Shown here piece after piece: positions 63,300 through 64,000 of a DNA stretch of 64,000 nucleotides (within the stretch, counting starts at the first letter, position 1; the number at the start of each line of letters is the position of its first letter). Below the pieces are notes generated by a model that ran no database searches, had not been told where the DNA came from, and worked only from the letters and a program-made list of their open reading frames with translations. The position numbers and the translations under genes are program-made. This stretch comes from Stegostoma tigrinum (Eukaryota). Where the stretch lies: positions 54,463,744 through 54,527,743 of the forward strand of contig NC_081362.1 in the NCBI RefSeq assembly GCF_030684315.1, read 5' to 3'.

Positions 63300-64000
63300 G
63301 TTCATAAAAAAAGACTGGAAGATCGATCATGATCGGAAATTGAATAGGGGAAGAGATGAATGTTTCTATAGCCACAGACTTCAGGAAGATGCATTGCCCA
63401 AGTACTTGTTGACCCTCAGGGAGGTGTTGGTAGTGTAAAGGGTGGCAGGGGTCTACATCAATAGTCAAGAGATGTATGACACATCAATTCCATGGATATG
63501 GCTAGAAATGAGTATATGGTCCACAGTCAATATTTAAGGAGTTAGGTAGGAAATTCACAAAAAGAACCTTGTAAGCACACATTTGCAGAATACTCCTGGT
63601 TCTGCACACAAGTATAAGAATATGAGAGAAAAACAAACAATTCTGTGGTAGGAAAGATGGTGCAGCAGTAGTGGAAAGGTCGGGTGAGGGTGTAAGAGGG
63701 CTTAGACTTCTGAGACCACGGGATCACATATGGGAGAGATCAATCTTCTACAGGGATGAGCAAACTGTTAAGCGGAGGTGGGATGAATTTCTTTATGGGG
63801 AGAGTTGCTCCTGTTACTGGAGTGATATTAAACTAACTTAACATGGTGCTAAAACCAAGAAATTGTATTAGAGATGAACGCCAAGGAGAACACTCGAAGA
63901 GAAAGAGCAACGTAATAGGAAATAGCAAGTTATTCAATGGGTTCAGAGAAGCAAAGACCAAACTGGCATGATGATGCCTGGACGTTAATGCATGGAGTGT
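63300..64000 (+). mobile_element. CR1 ORF1 (esterase) region running off the window edge
   Basis: atgcattgccc..ggagtatatggtccac..gggcttagacttctgagaccacgggatc..actaacttaacatgg; resembles 9400-9950. Confidence 0.5.

Noticed and set aside
57000-64000. Start of a neighbouring gene (NEK2 is adjacent in mammals)
   Set aside because: No kinase-like exon or CpG island seen in the window.

Overview
Eukaryotic (vertebrate) genomic DNA, about 39-40% GC by eye and CpG-poor. The repeat complement (HE1/V-SINE, dense CR1 LINEs, DeuSINE, Penelope-like elements) points to a cartilaginous fish, probably a shark. The only host gene I can support is the 3' part of LPGAT1 on the + strand: three coding exons (22598-22724, 47639-47745, 52289-52452) with phase-consistent GT-AG sites, then a long 3' UTR. 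Everything before 52289 is otherwise intronic. Nearly all ORFs in the track are spurious or decayed retroelement pieces. The most interesting structure is a family of roughly 220-570 bp hairpin insertions with 12-15 bp target-site duplications. Each is made of two inverted Penelope pseudo-LTR arms that meet at minimal hammerhead-ribozyme cores (CTGATGA-stem-GAAACGTC), with copy-specific mutations mirrored in both arms and a constant ~35-nt one-sided tail. One copy retains the 5' end of the parent ORF between two direct pLTRs. A separate decayed Penelope element with a GIY-YIG remnant shows the same inverted-end geometry. Also present: a ~287 bp local duplication with an apparent quasi-palindrome template-switch mutation, and candidate miR-30 sites in the LPGAT1 3' UTR. 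Repeat boundaries and family names are by eye and approximate unless TSDs are given.
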